64,000 nucleotides of DNA. It comes from Abditibacteriaceae bacterium (GTDB lineage: Bacteria > Armatimonadota > Abditibacteriia > Abditibacteriales > Abditibacteriaceae). The position numbers and the translations under genes are program-made. The stretch lies in the NCBI GenBank assembly GCA_019239895.1, contig JAFAZH010000022.1:190583-254582 (forward strand). Reading direction: 5' to 3'. The notes beneath the pieces were generated by a model. The model saw only the letters and a list, made by a program, of their open reading frames with translations. It made no database searches and was not told where the DNA came from. Positions 19,801 through 29,985 of this stretch are shown piece by piece. Numbering within the stretch: the stretch's first letter is position 1; every line of letters begins with the position of its first letter.

Positions 19801-20160
19801 GATGGGTTTATCTTCTCGGTCTCGAACCACACCTTGCACCTGGGTTGCGCTTTCCAGCTTAATGAGGTTATCGCCGGGCGCTAATGAAACAGTGGCCAGG
19901 GCAAGAGGCGGAGCATAGACCGTGGCCGTGCCAAAAGCCTGAGCTGTATTGGCAAGAGGTTCTAAATCGGTTTTAAACAGGCCATCTTGATCGGTTGCCA
20001 ACGTAAGGGTCTTATCTTGAAAAGGGTCTTGGCGGATGAGAACTTGCGCCCCCACAACGGGTTTACCATCCGGCCCAACGACCTTACCCTTGATCGGCAC
20101 GGCCCAGGCAGCCGACAGGCTAAACGCCAGGTACAGCAGGGGGAATAATTTCCTCAACAT
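16810..20160 (-). CDS. Large secreted protein, paralog A (1116 aa): signal peptide, multiple carboxypeptidase-regulatory-like/Big-type beta-sandwich repeats, unknown ~480-aa alpha-helical C-terminal domain
   Basis: Signal peptide MLRKLFPLLYLAFSLSAAWA. The repeated V-x-G-x-V-x-D-x-x-G-K-P-V-x-G-A motif occurs about eight times. The C-domain is conserved with the two paralogs (YYSRIDPAESRLLLE..., tail NQW..N). Confidence 0.7.
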   Translation of the reverse strand: MLRKLFPLLYLAFSLSAAWAVPIKGKVVGPDGKPVVGAQVLIRQDPFQDKTLTLATDQDGLFKTDLEPLANTAQAFGTATVYAPPLALATVSLAPGDNLIKLESATQVQGVVRDREDKPISDAIVKLQYTQPVPPPEDHWNLTTVPEAWDSKFTVKSGADGQWSITGITPSSLAGIALDDPRYAHQVIQVKAGAPATDAVITARPGAIVTGHVVYADGKPAQDIKVIGIKQGAWGHAQTAADGTYYLASLPSGAITVAVVDPSGQIVAPAISDIELKTGETTKIADFKLMEGALIEGTVTDSASNAPLAGVPLTCYGPHQPARGGGFRIVRTDKAGHYQLRVAPGKNIISVWAQVPKYLPLTKPIQVDIKQGETWQAPIQMVKGLSLVGTVVDKEGKPVANAKFKATLDYQSNHDAQWMEELEADADNMGQWTMDGLAHGKWHLSSAGEWDVISPNEVTVPLDAPLHVTVQKATLWTLKGRVITKGQQPLAGVDIKASVEIYNGYSLRSTVREVQTDAQGQFTIDKLRPTVKLSLATNMHGYNYVSGGQVTQQNAGFVAQDIVLVPLTSRITGRVVDTEGKPVPGAKVMSPDGEIDVQAVADADGKFVLSAVPASQVMVVAGYKGRIGEAHGISSNTAVNITLAPPKPPVASDVQRAYDLLEEVWADTEGMKFYREDIPIVLAADAPDLALKIARKKDGSVDDSMMSQIISNLARSNPAQAAVWAPPNLHQMQNAGAIFTASISLGLAVADINPALARDLYNRAKAYDKGHTDNAAVDQQSIIMRAVSLSKLARRIGAKDEAKQFVAKAVEVFKTIKDKNQEWILCWIAAVDYDQTSKIIDELPSEQRKSVLEEAVMRGANYDPQIARRWLDQLIALEKTDLRSGGAAGLAAQVLIPIIGKTDPAGVLEIARSIPERFYKADTLTLAAQFQPKDVALRVLHEAANAASNQPFDKVGNLARIAALAYNLDPQYGLEVFAMAREAWDSTKAERADGRGAGPNGDDGTAALAYYYSRIDPAESRLLLETEFSRWRRSLAGILDGQDRNKQIGSIATAMVAIDIERAIEMSWIIPTAGRNNGWSPPQLDAQRAIAQYLLLSDNQRHERPFNQWTNSNFFD

Positions 20161-20363
20161 AGATACCTCACTTAGCTGTATGAATAGCTAATACGGGCCT
20201 TAAAGTGCCACCTGAACTCATTCACTTGTTCATTTGGCTAATCCCACAGAGTTAGTTGGATGTTAACACTTTCAATGGTCTAAGCACAAGTAAAATGGAG
20301 GGGCAGGTATATTACCCGTCCCTCCATTTATTCAGCCATTAGCGAACAGTGAATCTATAGCCT

Positions 20364-23300
20364 TTAATCCCAACCATTGACAACATCCCACTGCTGAAAC
20401 TGCTTGGTGTGGCGGTCAGTTTCCGGGAGCAGAATGTATTGGGCGATGGAGCGCTGGGCTTCGGCTTGCGGATTGTTCCATTCCTGGCCCTTATCGGGTG
20501 GCGGCATGAGAAAGCTCATCTCTAAGGCGCGGTCTACGTCTATGGCAGCCATCGCCATTACAATGGAACGAATAGTGTAACTGCGCTGATAGGAATCATC
20601 ACCTTTGGGTGCTTGCAACTGGCGGGCAAACTCGGATTCGAGGATCAGGCGACTGGCTGCCGGATCAATGCGGCTGTAGTAGAAGGCGAACTCCGCCGTG
20701 CCGTCATTACCAGCATACCACATCTGATTTTCGCGCTGCGCTTTTTGCGCCTCCCAGTGGTCTTTGGCATCATTAAAAAACTCCATCCCCATTTTAGGAT
20801 CAAGCTCATAAGTCAGTGCTGCAACCCTGGCTATAGGCTCTGCGGAACCGTATTGCTGTCCATTGGCAATATCGCCTGCCTCACGCAGCACTTGAAGCGC
20901 GACTTCTTTGGTCTGGTATTGGGCCGCGAGAGCCAGATCAGCCGGTTTTGACCACATTTCCGTCACACTGCGTGCCAATTCGAGCGCGCCTGCCGGATCG
21001 GTTTTGCCCATAACCTGGATTAAGGTCTGCGCGGCATAACCGGAATAACTACCCGTATTAGGATCGGCTTTTTCGACCTCCTTGAGCTTATCCAACCAAC
21101 GACGGGCCAACTTGGTGTCGTAGGCAGCCGTCTGTGTCACGGCTTGCTGGAGAGCTTGTTTGCGTTGGTCAGTGGGCAATCCATCAATTAATTTCGCCGT
21201 TTGATCATACTCCAGGGTCGCCACGCCCGCGAGTGTCCATTGCTGCGGGTCTTTCATGCCTTTAATGATCGTGAGAGCGGTCTGGATATACTGCTCGGCT
21301 TCATCATTGAGACCTAACTTTCTGGCCAGTCGTGCCAGCGGCACGATTCTTGACAAAATAGACTGCTGATCTTTGGCATTCTTAGCCGTCTCTTCTTTGT
21401 CGTAATCTTTGGCCTTCTGGTAATACTGCTTGGCGAGATCAGGTTGCTTAGCTGCGATATTGATAGCAAACGTAATCCAGGCGGAGAAAGCAATTCGCTT
21501 GTCCTTGATCTGCTCCATTTTCGGCGGTGCCCAGTCCCCGGCACGAGTGGGATTCGCTTTGGCAAAGGTTGTGATAATGTTGCTCAAGATGCCATCGTCT
21601 ATGGAGCCATCTTTGCGGGACGCCAGTTTCACCGCCAGGTCAGGATTATAAGGCGCGATAGCTGTTGGGATATTATCCCGATAATATTTTCCGCCCTCGG
21701 TGGTGGCCCACAACTCATCGAGAATATCATAGGCCCGCTGCACATCGTTGCCGGGCAGGGGTTTGACCGGATTCACGGTAAGGGTTAGTGGCTTACTGCC
21801 ATCTACATCGCGCGCTTCGCCAATGCGATCTTTAACGCCACCCACAACCATCACCTGTCCGGCGGGCAGCGAGGTCAACACGAATTTACCGGTCGCATCA
21901 CTGGGCACCTGTAAATTGACATCGCCGTTGGGCGACATCACCTGTGCCCCGGCCACGGGCTTACCTGCCGCATCCACGACACGGCCTTCAATCTTGGCCG
22001 TTAATGGCACCAGCACCATGTCTTGCACCGAGAAAGCATTATCTTTTTGCGTCACAGTGCCACCGGAAACGTAGTTATAGCCGGGCATCGTCGTGGAGAG
22101 CGAGATTTTATAATCAGAGCGCAGATTCTCAACCGTATATTGCCCCTTAGCATCCGTGGTCAATTCTTGCAGGTCGCCGCGATAGGAATTTGCACCCTCT
22201 GGAATTTGGAGATACGCCTTGATTCTCACGCCTTCGAGTGGCTTATGGTCTTTGGTCAGAACGTGCCCGGTAAGGTTCAAGAGTTGCACTTTGCGGACCG
22301 TTAATTTAACCGGAGCATCGAGCGGCACTGTCAACTCTTTAGGGCCTACCACGTCCCAGGTTCCAACACCCACCAGGTTCCATTTGCCAGGCTTCAGCCC
22401 TTCCAGTGTCCACTTGCCTTCGTTATCGGGCTTGAAATTGATTGGCTGAACGTAGGCACCGCGATTCGACTCCCAGGAAAGCGAGGCTCGCATCTCAGCG
22501 TTGGCGGCTGGTTTGCCATCGGCATCAACGGCGGTGCCCGTCACGGTGAGACCCTTCGACAACTGAATCGGCACAGTTTTGGTCTCGCCTTTTTGCACTT
22601 CGACCTCAATCGTTTTATCGAGGGGTAGATACTTGGGAGCCTGATAGATCGCAATTGTAATTTTGCCGGGGGGCACGCGCAATTTGTAATGCCCATCTTT
22701 ATCAGAAGTTTCAGGCATTATCATACCGCTGGTCTGAGGTTGATCCGTTCTATAGCTGCTGACCGGTGCCCCCACTACGGGTTTGCCACTGTCCTTATCG
22801 GTAACAGTGCCTTCAATCAGGGCACCCTCGGTGAGCACCGCGTCCGTGACTTTGACGTTATCGCCTTCTTTGGTCTTGACATTTTCCACGGGCAAGGCAA
22901 TCCACTTCTTCTCCGGGTCACCGAAGCTGATCGCCACTAAGCCATCACCTAAGCCGTTGAGCGTATAGGTGCCATCAGCGGCTGTTGTGGCCGCCCCAAA
23001 GAAGCCTGAGCCTCCTGCCTGCACCCTGATGCCGGGAGCCGGTTTGCCATCTTCATGTACCACGCGTCCGGTGACGCTGGCACCAGGCCGCGCCACGATA
23101 GAGGTCACTGACGCCGCTAACCCGGCTTTAACCTGAGCATACGTGCGAATATAACGGGGGTCTTCCAGGAGAACCGCGCCCAGGCCATTGGCAGGCACAC
23201 CGTCCAATTTCCACTGGCCATTGGCATCGCTCTTGACGGTGAATTTGTCGGCTAATGCTTCCGGCACCATCGTGTAGGTGAACTGCCCATTTCCCACCCC

Positions 23301-23711
23301 CGGTAAGCCCACGTTGCCGAGTTTCACCACCGCATCGGCTACTGGTTTCCCCGCTTTATCTTTGACGATGCCTTGAACGGGAACGGATTTATCTAATTTA
23401 ATAATGTTGTCGCCAGCATTAGCCTTCAAAACCGTGCCGCCCAATGCCATATTAGGCACATAGGCCGTGGCCATGCCAAAGCTATCCGGCCAGGTAGGAC
23501 TCAGTTCTAAATCGGCTTTAAATACACCAGCCTGATCGGAGGTGAGGCTTAATGGTTTCTTTATGGTCTCATCATAAGTCGTCATGATAACCACCTGGGC
23601 ACCAGCCACCGGTTTACCATCTGGCCCCACTACCTTGCCAGTAATCGGCACCGCATGAACTATAGCCACACTCAATACAACATAAACGACGGGGAGCAGT
23701 TTTCTCAGCAT
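20364..23711 (-). CDS. Large secreted protein, paralog B (same architecture as 16810..20160)
   Basis: Start taken at MLRKLLPVVYVVLSVAIVHA signal peptide. Same repeat series and C-domain (AFYYSRIDPAASRLILE, QWDVVNGWD). Confidence 0.7.
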   Translation of the reverse strand: MLRKLLPVVYVVLSVAIVHAVPITGKVVGPDGKPVAGAQVVIMTTYDETIKKPLSLTSDQAGVFKADLELSPTWPDSFGMATAYVPNMALGGTVLKANAGDNIIKLDKSVPVQGIVKDKAGKPVADAVVKLGNVGLPGVGNGQFTYTMVPEALADKFTVKSDANGQWKLDGVPANGLGAVLLEDPRYIRTYAQVKAGLAASVTSIVARPGASVTGRVVHEDGKPAPGIRVQAGGSGFFGAATTAADGTYTLNGLGDGLVAISFGDPEKKWIALPVENVKTKEGDNVKVTDAVLTEGALIEGTVTDKDSGKPVVGAPVSSYRTDQPQTSGMIMPETSDKDGHYKLRVPPGKITIAIYQAPKYLPLDKTIEVEVQKGETKTVPIQLSKGLTVTGTAVDADGKPAANAEMRASLSWESNRGAYVQPINFKPDNEGKWTLEGLKPGKWNLVGVGTWDVVGPKELTVPLDAPVKLTVRKVQLLNLTGHVLTKDHKPLEGVRIKAYLQIPEGANSYRGDLQELTTDAKGQYTVENLRSDYKISLSTTMPGYNYVSGGTVTQKDNAFSVQDMVLVPLTAKIEGRVVDAAGKPVAGAQVMSPNGDVNLQVPSDATGKFVLTSLPAGQVMVVGGVKDRIGEARDVDGSKPLTLTVNPVKPLPGNDVQRAYDILDELWATTEGGKYYRDNIPTAIAPYNPDLAVKLASRKDGSIDDGILSNIITTFAKANPTRAGDWAPPKMEQIKDKRIAFSAWITFAINIAAKQPDLAKQYYQKAKDYDKEETAKNAKDQQSILSRIVPLARLARKLGLNDEAEQYIQTALTIIKGMKDPQQWTLAGVATLEYDQTAKLIDGLPTDQRKQALQQAVTQTAAYDTKLARRWLDKLKEVEKADPNTGSYSGYAAQTLIQVMGKTDPAGALELARSVTEMWSKPADLALAAQYQTKEVALQVLREAGDIANGQQYGSAEPIARVAALTYELDPKMGMEFFNDAKDHWEAQKAQRENQMWYAGNDGTAEFAFYYSRIDPAASRLILESEFARQLQAPKGDDSYQRSYTIRSIVMAMAAIDVDRALEMSFLMPPPDKGQEWNNPQAEAQRSIAQYILLPETDRHTKQFQQWDVVNGWD

Positions 23712-23791
23712 AAATACCTCATAGATTCTTGTGCCATGCAACACATCTGGCTTAACTATGGTGTCAAGACCCCAGATTATTTACATTTAAA

Positions 23792-25195
23792 TTAGTTCAC
23801 ATGCGACAACTTTAACCACACCGGACTATTGGGCCGCAGCGTGAGTGACGCCACTGGCCGAATAACCTGGTCGGACAGCAACTCCAGGCAGAACCGTTGG
23901 AGCACCATAGCAACAATAAGACGCATTTCAAGCAGCGCAAACTCATTACCAATGCATTGATGCGGGCCACCCAAGAAAGGAAAATAAGTGCCCTTGGGCC
24001 GCATCCCCGCTTGTTCCAGGCTAAATCGGTCAGGATCAAATACTTCTGGCTCCTGCCAAATATCAGGATGACGGTGCGTCACGAAAGGGCACAGCATAAC
24101 TGTGGAGTTGGCCGGAATACAGAAGCCACCCACTTCATCCTCTTCTATAACCTGACGCGACACGGCCCAGATGGGTGGATAGAGCCGCATCGCTTCCTCA
24201 ATGACACGCCGCGTGATGTCCAGTTGCAAAACCTCCGCGAGTTGCGGGGTGCAGGTTCCGCATACCGCCGCGACTTCTTCACGCACCTGCTGCTGGATCG
24301 CGTCATGGGAGGCCAATAAATACCACACCCAGGTGAGAGCCGTGGCGGTAGTCTCATGCCCTGCTATCAAGAAAGTTAAAACCTCACTGCGGAGTTGGTC
24401 ATCCGTCATGGCTTCGCCTGTCTCCTCGTCACGCGCCTGCATGAACATAGAGAGCAAATCACCATGATCCCGACCCTCGCGCCGCCGCTCTTGAATCAGC
24501 GACAGGACAAGCTGATTCAAGGTCGTAGCGGCCTGCTGGAAGCGACGGTTGGCTCTGGTCGGAACACTTGTGGGCAGCGCCGTGAAGGGATGATCGAAGC
24601 GGTATCTCAGATATTGGCTCAGGACATCAAATGATTTTCCCACCATATCCGCTTCACCCCCCACATCACGGTCAAAGAGCGTGCGACCAGCGATGGTCAA
24701 AGCCAGACCCGCCATCTCCGGGCCAATCTCTAATGCTTGCCCTGACGTGGCGGCGTCCCGCCAGCGGGCCAAGAGTTGGGCCGTGGCATCTACCATAATC
24801 GCGGCGTAGGCGGCTAACCGCTGGTGTTGGAAAGCGGGTTGTGCCAGTCGCCGTTGCCGCCGCCAATGATTGCCCTCAGACACGAGCAGATTGTCCCCGA
24901 ATAGTTGGCGCAGCAAACGATAATGCCAACCCCGCAGATAATTCTTCTGATGGGTAAAGAGGACGCGCCGGATATGATCGGGGTGAAACAGAAAATGAAG
25001 CAGCAAAGGGCCAATACGCAAGCGCATCACGTCCCCGCACCGTGCTCGGCCCTGGATCTGAAAAGCGAGCGGATCATGCAAAAATTCCTGCAATGTGCCA
25101 TAGGGCAATGGCAGCCATTGCACCATACCAGGAGCCATAGTCATTTCTATCACCTCCGTTGCACCTATTGTCTTAGCCGCCTCAGCCCACCCCAA
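23792..25195 (-). CDS. Cytochrome P450
   Basis: 467 aa. Heme-binding loop FLGGPHQCIGNEFA, ExxR (EEAMRLYPP) and the oxygen-binding helix AGHETTA. Confidence 0.85.
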   Translation of the reverse strand: MGWAEAAKTIGATEVIEMTMAPGMVQWLPLPYGTLQEFLHDPLAFQIQGRARCGDVMRLRIGPLLLHFLFHPDHIRRVLFTHQKNYLRGWHYRLLRQLFGDNLLVSEGNHWRRQRRLAQPAFQHQRLAAYAAIMVDATAQLLARWRDAATSGQALEIGPEMAGLALTIAGRTLFDRDVGGEADMVGKSFDVLSQYLRYRFDHPFTALPTSVPTRANRRFQQAATTLNQLVLSLIQERRREGRDHGDLLSMFMQARDEETGEAMTDDQLRSEVLTFLIAGHETTATALTWVWYLLASHDAIQQQVREEVAAVCGTCTPQLAEVLQLDITRRVIEEAMRLYPPIWAVSRQVIEEDEVGGFCIPANSTVMLCPFVTHRHPDIWQEPEVFDPDRFSLEQAGMRPKGTYFPFLGGPHQCIGNEFALLEMRLIVAMVLQRFCLELLSDQVIRPVASLTLRPNSPVWLKLSHVN

Positions 25196-25361
25196 CTCGT
25201 TATGGCAGAGGTTCTGAGAGGATTTATAAAGAGCCAGGGCGATATATTCCTGTTAGCGCAGAGCACAATACCATGCGCCACACCCTTTTCTATATATGGA
25301 CAGTCACCGTTCAAAAAGGACAGGCGGCAAGAAAAATTATTTCTTGGGCCGCTAACTGGTG

Positions 25362-28300
25362 CTACTGCCAGCCGTTGCTTTTATCCCAATCTCTGAAGGA
25401 CTTGCTGCGTCGCTCGGCATCGGACAGTAAAACGTATTGGGCAATCAGGCGCTGGCCTTCGGTTTGGGGATTATTCCACTGGTCGTCTTTATCGGGTGGG
25501 GGCAGCAGATAGGTTAGTTCCATCGCCCGGTCAATATCTACCGCCGCCATTGCTGCAATGAGATTAGTAAGGTTGTTGCTATACTGCCAGCGATTATCGG
25601 TGGTTCTCGGTATCTGCTTCTGGCGGGTAAACTCGGCTTCCAGGAGGAGCCGACTTTCGGCAGGGTCTAAACGGCTATAGTAATAGGCAAAGTCGGCGAT
25701 GCTGGTGTTTTGCCCGCCATAAATATCGCTGCTCTCACGCTGCGCCTTTTCTGCTTCCAGGCGCGTATGGGCCGTCTCGAAAATTTCCGCACCGATTTTC
25801 GGGTCTATTCCATAGGCGATGGCAGCTACTCTGGAATTGGCATCCAGAGACGGATAGGCTGCCGCCGCATCGGCGGCTTCGCGCAACACCTGCAAGGCCA
25901 CATCTTTAGGCTGGTATTGGGCGGCTAAGGCGAGGGTGATGGCGCGATTATAAGTGTCGCGGGTCGAGTCGTTATGCGCCAACTCCAGCGCCGCTGCGGG
26001 ATCACGCTTGCCGAGCGCCTCGACCAAACTTTGCTTTGCCGAGCCGGAATAGATGCCGCCATTGGTATTTTGTTTTTCGATTTCCAGCAGGTTATCGAGC
26101 AAACTCCGGGCAGTTAGCAGATCACCATAACTTATGCTGGAAGTAATCGCATTGGAGATCACCTGCTTGCGCGGTTCAGCAGACAAATCGGCCAATAGTT
26201 TCCCACCCAAATCAGGATTAAAGGCTATCGCTTTTCCGTCCCCATCAGGATTAAGCGCCAACACAGGCCCCATCATCCAGGTGCGCTCCGCAGCGGGGGT
26301 CGCATTGATGGCATTAATCGCCACCTGCGCGAATTGATTCGCTTCGTTTTTCAAGTGCAATTTGGCGGCTATCCGGCTCAGTAGCGTCGCACGGCTTGAA
26401 ATGCCCTGGTATTCTTTGGGATTTTGGGCGGTCTGGTCTTTATCAAATGCCTTTGCCTCATTATAGAAGCCTTTGGCCACGTCAGGTTTAAGGTCAGCCA
26501 GAGCAAACGCCAGGCTTGATTTGGCAGTATAGGACGAATAACCATCTTTAATCTGGGTTACTTTTGGCACGGCCCACTCCAGAGCACGAGCCGCATCGGT
26601 TTTCGCTACAACGGCTATAATCTGGCTTAAAATCGAATCATTGATAGTGCCATCCTTGCGCGAGGCCAGCTTTACGGCCAGGTCAGGATCATAAGCAGCC
26701 AGGGTGACGGGAATGTTATTCCGGTAAGTTTGGGTGCCTTCCGTGGTGGCCCACAATTCTTCCAGCAAGCTGTACGCCCGCTGAATGTCACTGGGAGGCA
26801 CCGGCTGCACCGGCTGCAACTTCAAGCTCACTGGCGCTTTGCCATTGACATCGCGGGCCTCGCCAACCGCGCCTTTATAGCCAGCTATCACCATAACATC
26901 GCCTGCGGGTAATGAAGTCAGGGTAAATTTACCATCGGCATCTGTAGTCACCTGCAATTTAGGATCACCGTCGGGCGACATGACTTTAGCGCCCGCCACT
27001 GGCTTACCTTCAGCATCCGCGACGACTCCCGTGACTTTGGCTGCTAGTGGCAGGAGCACTATATCCTGCACCTCGAACCCCTGCCCTTGCAAGGTGACTT
27101 TACCGCCAGCAAGGAATTTATACCCTGCCGCATCCGGGGTAAAAGAGACTTTAACATCGGGTCGCAAATCTTTTAAGGTGAATTGACCAGTCGCGTCCGT
27201 AGCAGCATCCTGCTCATCAAGCTGTGTCGAATTTTGACCGTCTGGCACCTCCACATGCGCTTTAATCGTGACGGCACCTAGAGGTTTATGGTCTTTTGTG
27301 ACCACGCGACCTTTAAGAGTTAATAAGTTCACTTTGCGCAGGGTCAGTTTCTGCGCGTCAGTTGCTGGCACAGAAATTTCCAGCGGCCCCACCACATTCC
27401 AGGCTCCACTAGTGGACAGCGACCATTGCCCTTTGCGCAGGCCATCCAACGCCCATTTACCTGTTGCATCCGTCTTGGTGGTAACTGGCTGGATCCATTC
27501 ACCGTTCTGGTTAGGGTCTTTAATGGTAGCCTTAATTTCGACATCCGCTGCGGGTTTGCCCTGCGCATCCAAAGCGATGCCCGCAACGGTTAAGCCCGCG
27601 TTGAGTTCAATGGGCAGCTCTTTGGTCTCACCCTTGCCGACTTCAACTTCCAATGGCTTTGCCAGCGGCAAGTAGCCTTTCGGCTGCTCTAACAATGACA
27701 CGGTGTTCTTACCAGGAGTCACCCGTATTTTATAGTGACCCTCTTTATCGCTGCGCACGGGTTCAATGCCACCCACTGCGAGCTGGCTCTCCGCGCCAGC
27801 CCACACTGCCACATTGGAGAGGGGCGCTCTAGTAGCCTTATCAGTCACGACACCAGTGATAAAGGAGCCTTGAATGAGAGTGTGATTAGGAGCTTGCACC
27901 GTCTCACCGGACTTTGCCTTAATGTCAGAAACCGGCAGGGTAACCCACTGGCCAGAAGGGTCAGCGGCGACCACTATCACTGGCCCCGGCGTCAGCCCGG
28001 TCAAATGGTAGATGCCATTGGCATCGGTTGTATCGTTAGCTCCAAAAGGGCCACCACTACCGCCCACTGCGCTCACTTTAATGCCCGCGGCGGGAGTGCC
28101 ATCTTCATGCACCACTTTGCCCGTGACCGACGCGCCCACCTGCGCTGTCAAGGTCGTGGGCGTACCACCGGGAGTAACTTCGGCAAAAGCATGGATATAC
28201 CGGGGATCATTCAGCAACACCATGCCGTGATAAGCAGCAGGTACGCCACCCAGCGTCCAATTGCCATCAGCGCCGCTTTTTACGCTGAACTGGCTTTTAA

Positions 28301-28751
28301 GTTGTTCTGGCACAATCGCCGCAAGCCCATCCAGGTTGTTCATGTTCTTAAAAGCGGCGATCAAGGTCACAACGGCATCAGCAATAGGCTTCCCCGTGCC
28401 ATCTTTAACACTGCCATGCGCTTCGGCGGGAGCCTCCATTTTAATAATGTTCTGCCCCTGCTTTAAGAGGCCGCCACTTAGCGCCAGACCCGGCACATAA
28501 ACCGTCACTATTCCATAACTATTGGGAGGATTGGTCGTGAGATTTAAGTCTGCCTTAAAGACACCATCCTGATCGGTTTCAAAGGTGAGCGGAGCAGGCG
28601 GCGGGTAGCTGTTGAGACTGGTAAAGACAAAGACCTGCGCCTTAGCGATAGGCTTGCCGTCGGTGCCAACCACTTTGGCCGTTATCGGCACGGCGTGCGC
28701 AAGTGTGCAATGGGCTAAAAAACAAAAGAGAAAAAGGGCACGCTTCAACAT
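25362..28751 (-). CDS. Large secreted protein, paralog C (same architecture)
   Basis: Start taken at MLKRALFLFCFLAHCTLAHA signal peptide. Same beta-sandwich repeat series and conserved C-domain (FAYYYSRLDPAESRLLLE, DWDKSNGWQ). Confidence 0.7.
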   Translation of the reverse strand: MLKRALFLFCFLAHCTLAHAVPITAKVVGTDGKPIAKAQVFVFTSLNSYPPPAPLTFETDQDGVFKADLNLTTNPPNSYGIVTVYVPGLALSGGLLKQGQNIIKMEAPAEAHGSVKDGTGKPIADAVVTLIAAFKNMNNLDGLAAIVPEQLKSQFSVKSGADGNWTLGGVPAAYHGMVLLNDPRYIHAFAEVTPGGTPTTLTAQVGASVTGKVVHEDGTPAAGIKVSAVGGSGGPFGANDTTDANGIYHLTGLTPGPVIVVAADPSGQWVTLPVSDIKAKSGETVQAPNHTLIQGSFITGVVTDKATRAPLSNVAVWAGAESQLAVGGIEPVRSDKEGHYKIRVTPGKNTVSLLEQPKGYLPLAKPLEVEVGKGETKELPIELNAGLTVAGIALDAQGKPAADVEIKATIKDPNQNGEWIQPVTTKTDATGKWALDGLRKGQWSLSTSGAWNVVGPLEISVPATDAQKLTLRKVNLLTLKGRVVTKDHKPLGAVTIKAHVEVPDGQNSTQLDEQDAATDATGQFTLKDLRPDVKVSFTPDAAGYKFLAGGKVTLQGQGFEVQDIVLLPLAAKVTGVVADAEGKPVAGAKVMSPDGDPKLQVTTDADGKFTLTSLPAGDVMVIAGYKGAVGEARDVNGKAPVSLKLQPVQPVPPSDIQRAYSLLEELWATTEGTQTYRNNIPVTLAAYDPDLAVKLASRKDGTINDSILSQIIAVVAKTDAARALEWAVPKVTQIKDGYSSYTAKSSLAFALADLKPDVAKGFYNEAKAFDKDQTAQNPKEYQGISSRATLLSRIAAKLHLKNEANQFAQVAINAINATPAAERTWMMGPVLALNPDGDGKAIAFNPDLGGKLLADLSAEPRKQVISNAITSSISYGDLLTARSLLDNLLEIEKQNTNGGIYSGSAKQSLVEALGKRDPAAALELAHNDSTRDTYNRAITLALAAQYQPKDVALQVLREAADAAAAYPSLDANSRVAAIAYGIDPKIGAEIFETAHTRLEAEKAQRESSDIYGGQNTSIADFAYYYSRLDPAESRLLLEAEFTRQKQIPRTTDNRWQYSNNLTNLIAAMAAVDIDRAMELTYLLPPPDKDDQWNNPQTEGQRLIAQYVLLSDAERRSKSFRDWDKSNGWQ

Positions 28752-28980
28752 TCCGGTCTCCTGGTTTGAACTGAGTGAGCATTGGGCATCATTTGGATGC
28801 ATATTTGGGGCAAAAAGTTCGTTAATGGCTTGCCCCATTTAGAACTTGGAAAGCGAAGAAAGTGGCACCAACTACGGCCACTGAAGAATTCAGATAAGAA
28901 CCCCCGGATTCTGTCGGAGGTTCTTATCAATAGCGGTTAGAGGAGACGCTGGGAAGAATGTAAGGCTGGTTAATGCAGCA

Positions 28981-29739
28981 CTACTGCAAGGTGGTTTCGG
29001 CTGGCCCCATAGATTTGAAGGTTTCTGCCGATTCGTTGGTCGTTTTAGCGGCAGGCGCAGGCAGAGCCATACCCTCTTTCGCGGCGAAATCGGCCAGGGC
29101 TTGATCGGCTAGGGCGCGTTGCTCGCTTTCTTTCAGTTCAAAGTCGTTGACATTCAGGCTGTCGCGGGCCACACGAGCGCGTCCGGCAGCTTTCTGGCGG
29201 TCTTCTTCGACCATCTCATGCAAACGGTTGAGTGTATCGCCGGAGCCGCCGATGGACGAAATCATGCCCGTCGCCATTTCCGTCATTTCGGCAGTGGCTT
29301 TTTTGATCTTTAAGTCGTCAATGGCATACTTAAGCGCCTCAATTTTAGACTTGGCCGCATCTACTGTCACATTACGGGCTTTGGTCAAGTCCTTATAAGT
29401 CGCTTCAGCCTGCTCAAGCTGCTTACGGTTCTCTTCTAATTCACTGGTTACAGTTTGGAGCCGCAAAGCTTGCTGGCCCGCAATTTCATTGTTACCAGCA
29501 CGCAGGTTAGCCGCCGTTTTAGCGCGCAGTTCATGCTCTTCGGTTTCAAGCTTTTTGACTTGCGCCATCAGCCGCTCGCACATTCCTGCATGAGTCGCTA
29601 AACCCTGGTTATAGCGAGCAATCTGCTTGCGCAAATTTTCCTTCTCCACTTCCAGCAAGGCTTCCGGGTTCTGTCTTTCCATGCCGGAGATGAAGAGGCC
29701 AAAAAATCCCCGAACCAGGTTCGAGAGTCGCTTAAACAT
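28981..29739 (-). CDS. pspA: PspA/IM30 (Vipp1/ESCRT-III superfamily) protein
   Basis: 252 aa. The N-terminal amphipathic helix MFKRLSNLVRGFFGLFISGMERQNPEALLE and the long coiled coil are typical of the PspA/IM30 family. Confidence 0.8.
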   Translation of the reverse strand: MFKRLSNLVRGFFGLFISGMERQNPEALLEVEKENLRKQIARYNQGLATHAGMCERLMAQVKKLETEEHELRAKTAANLRAGNNEIAGQQALRLQTVTSELEENRKQLEQAEATYKDLTKARNVTVDAAKSKIEALKYAIDDLKIKKATAEMTEMATGMISSIGGSGDTLNRLHEMVEEDRQKAAGRARVARDSLNVNDFELKESEQRALADQALADFAAKEGMALPAPAAKTTNESAETFKSMGPAETTLQ

Positions 29740-29985
29740 AATTCCTATGCTCCTTTACCGTAACGTCCTCTATTATTGTCTGTACAAGTTTATCTTTAAG
29801 AGCGGTTCGTCATTAGCTAATGTAAGTTGCCACCTCTGATTGCTATCCCTAATAGTATGTCATTTCGAGCGCAGTCGAGAAATCTTGCTGTTGAACGCAA
29901 CAGCCACGATTCAAAGATTCCTCGACTGCGCTTTGCTCCGCTCGGAATGACACTACTTCTTAAGTTGCAACCTCAGTTAGATAGT

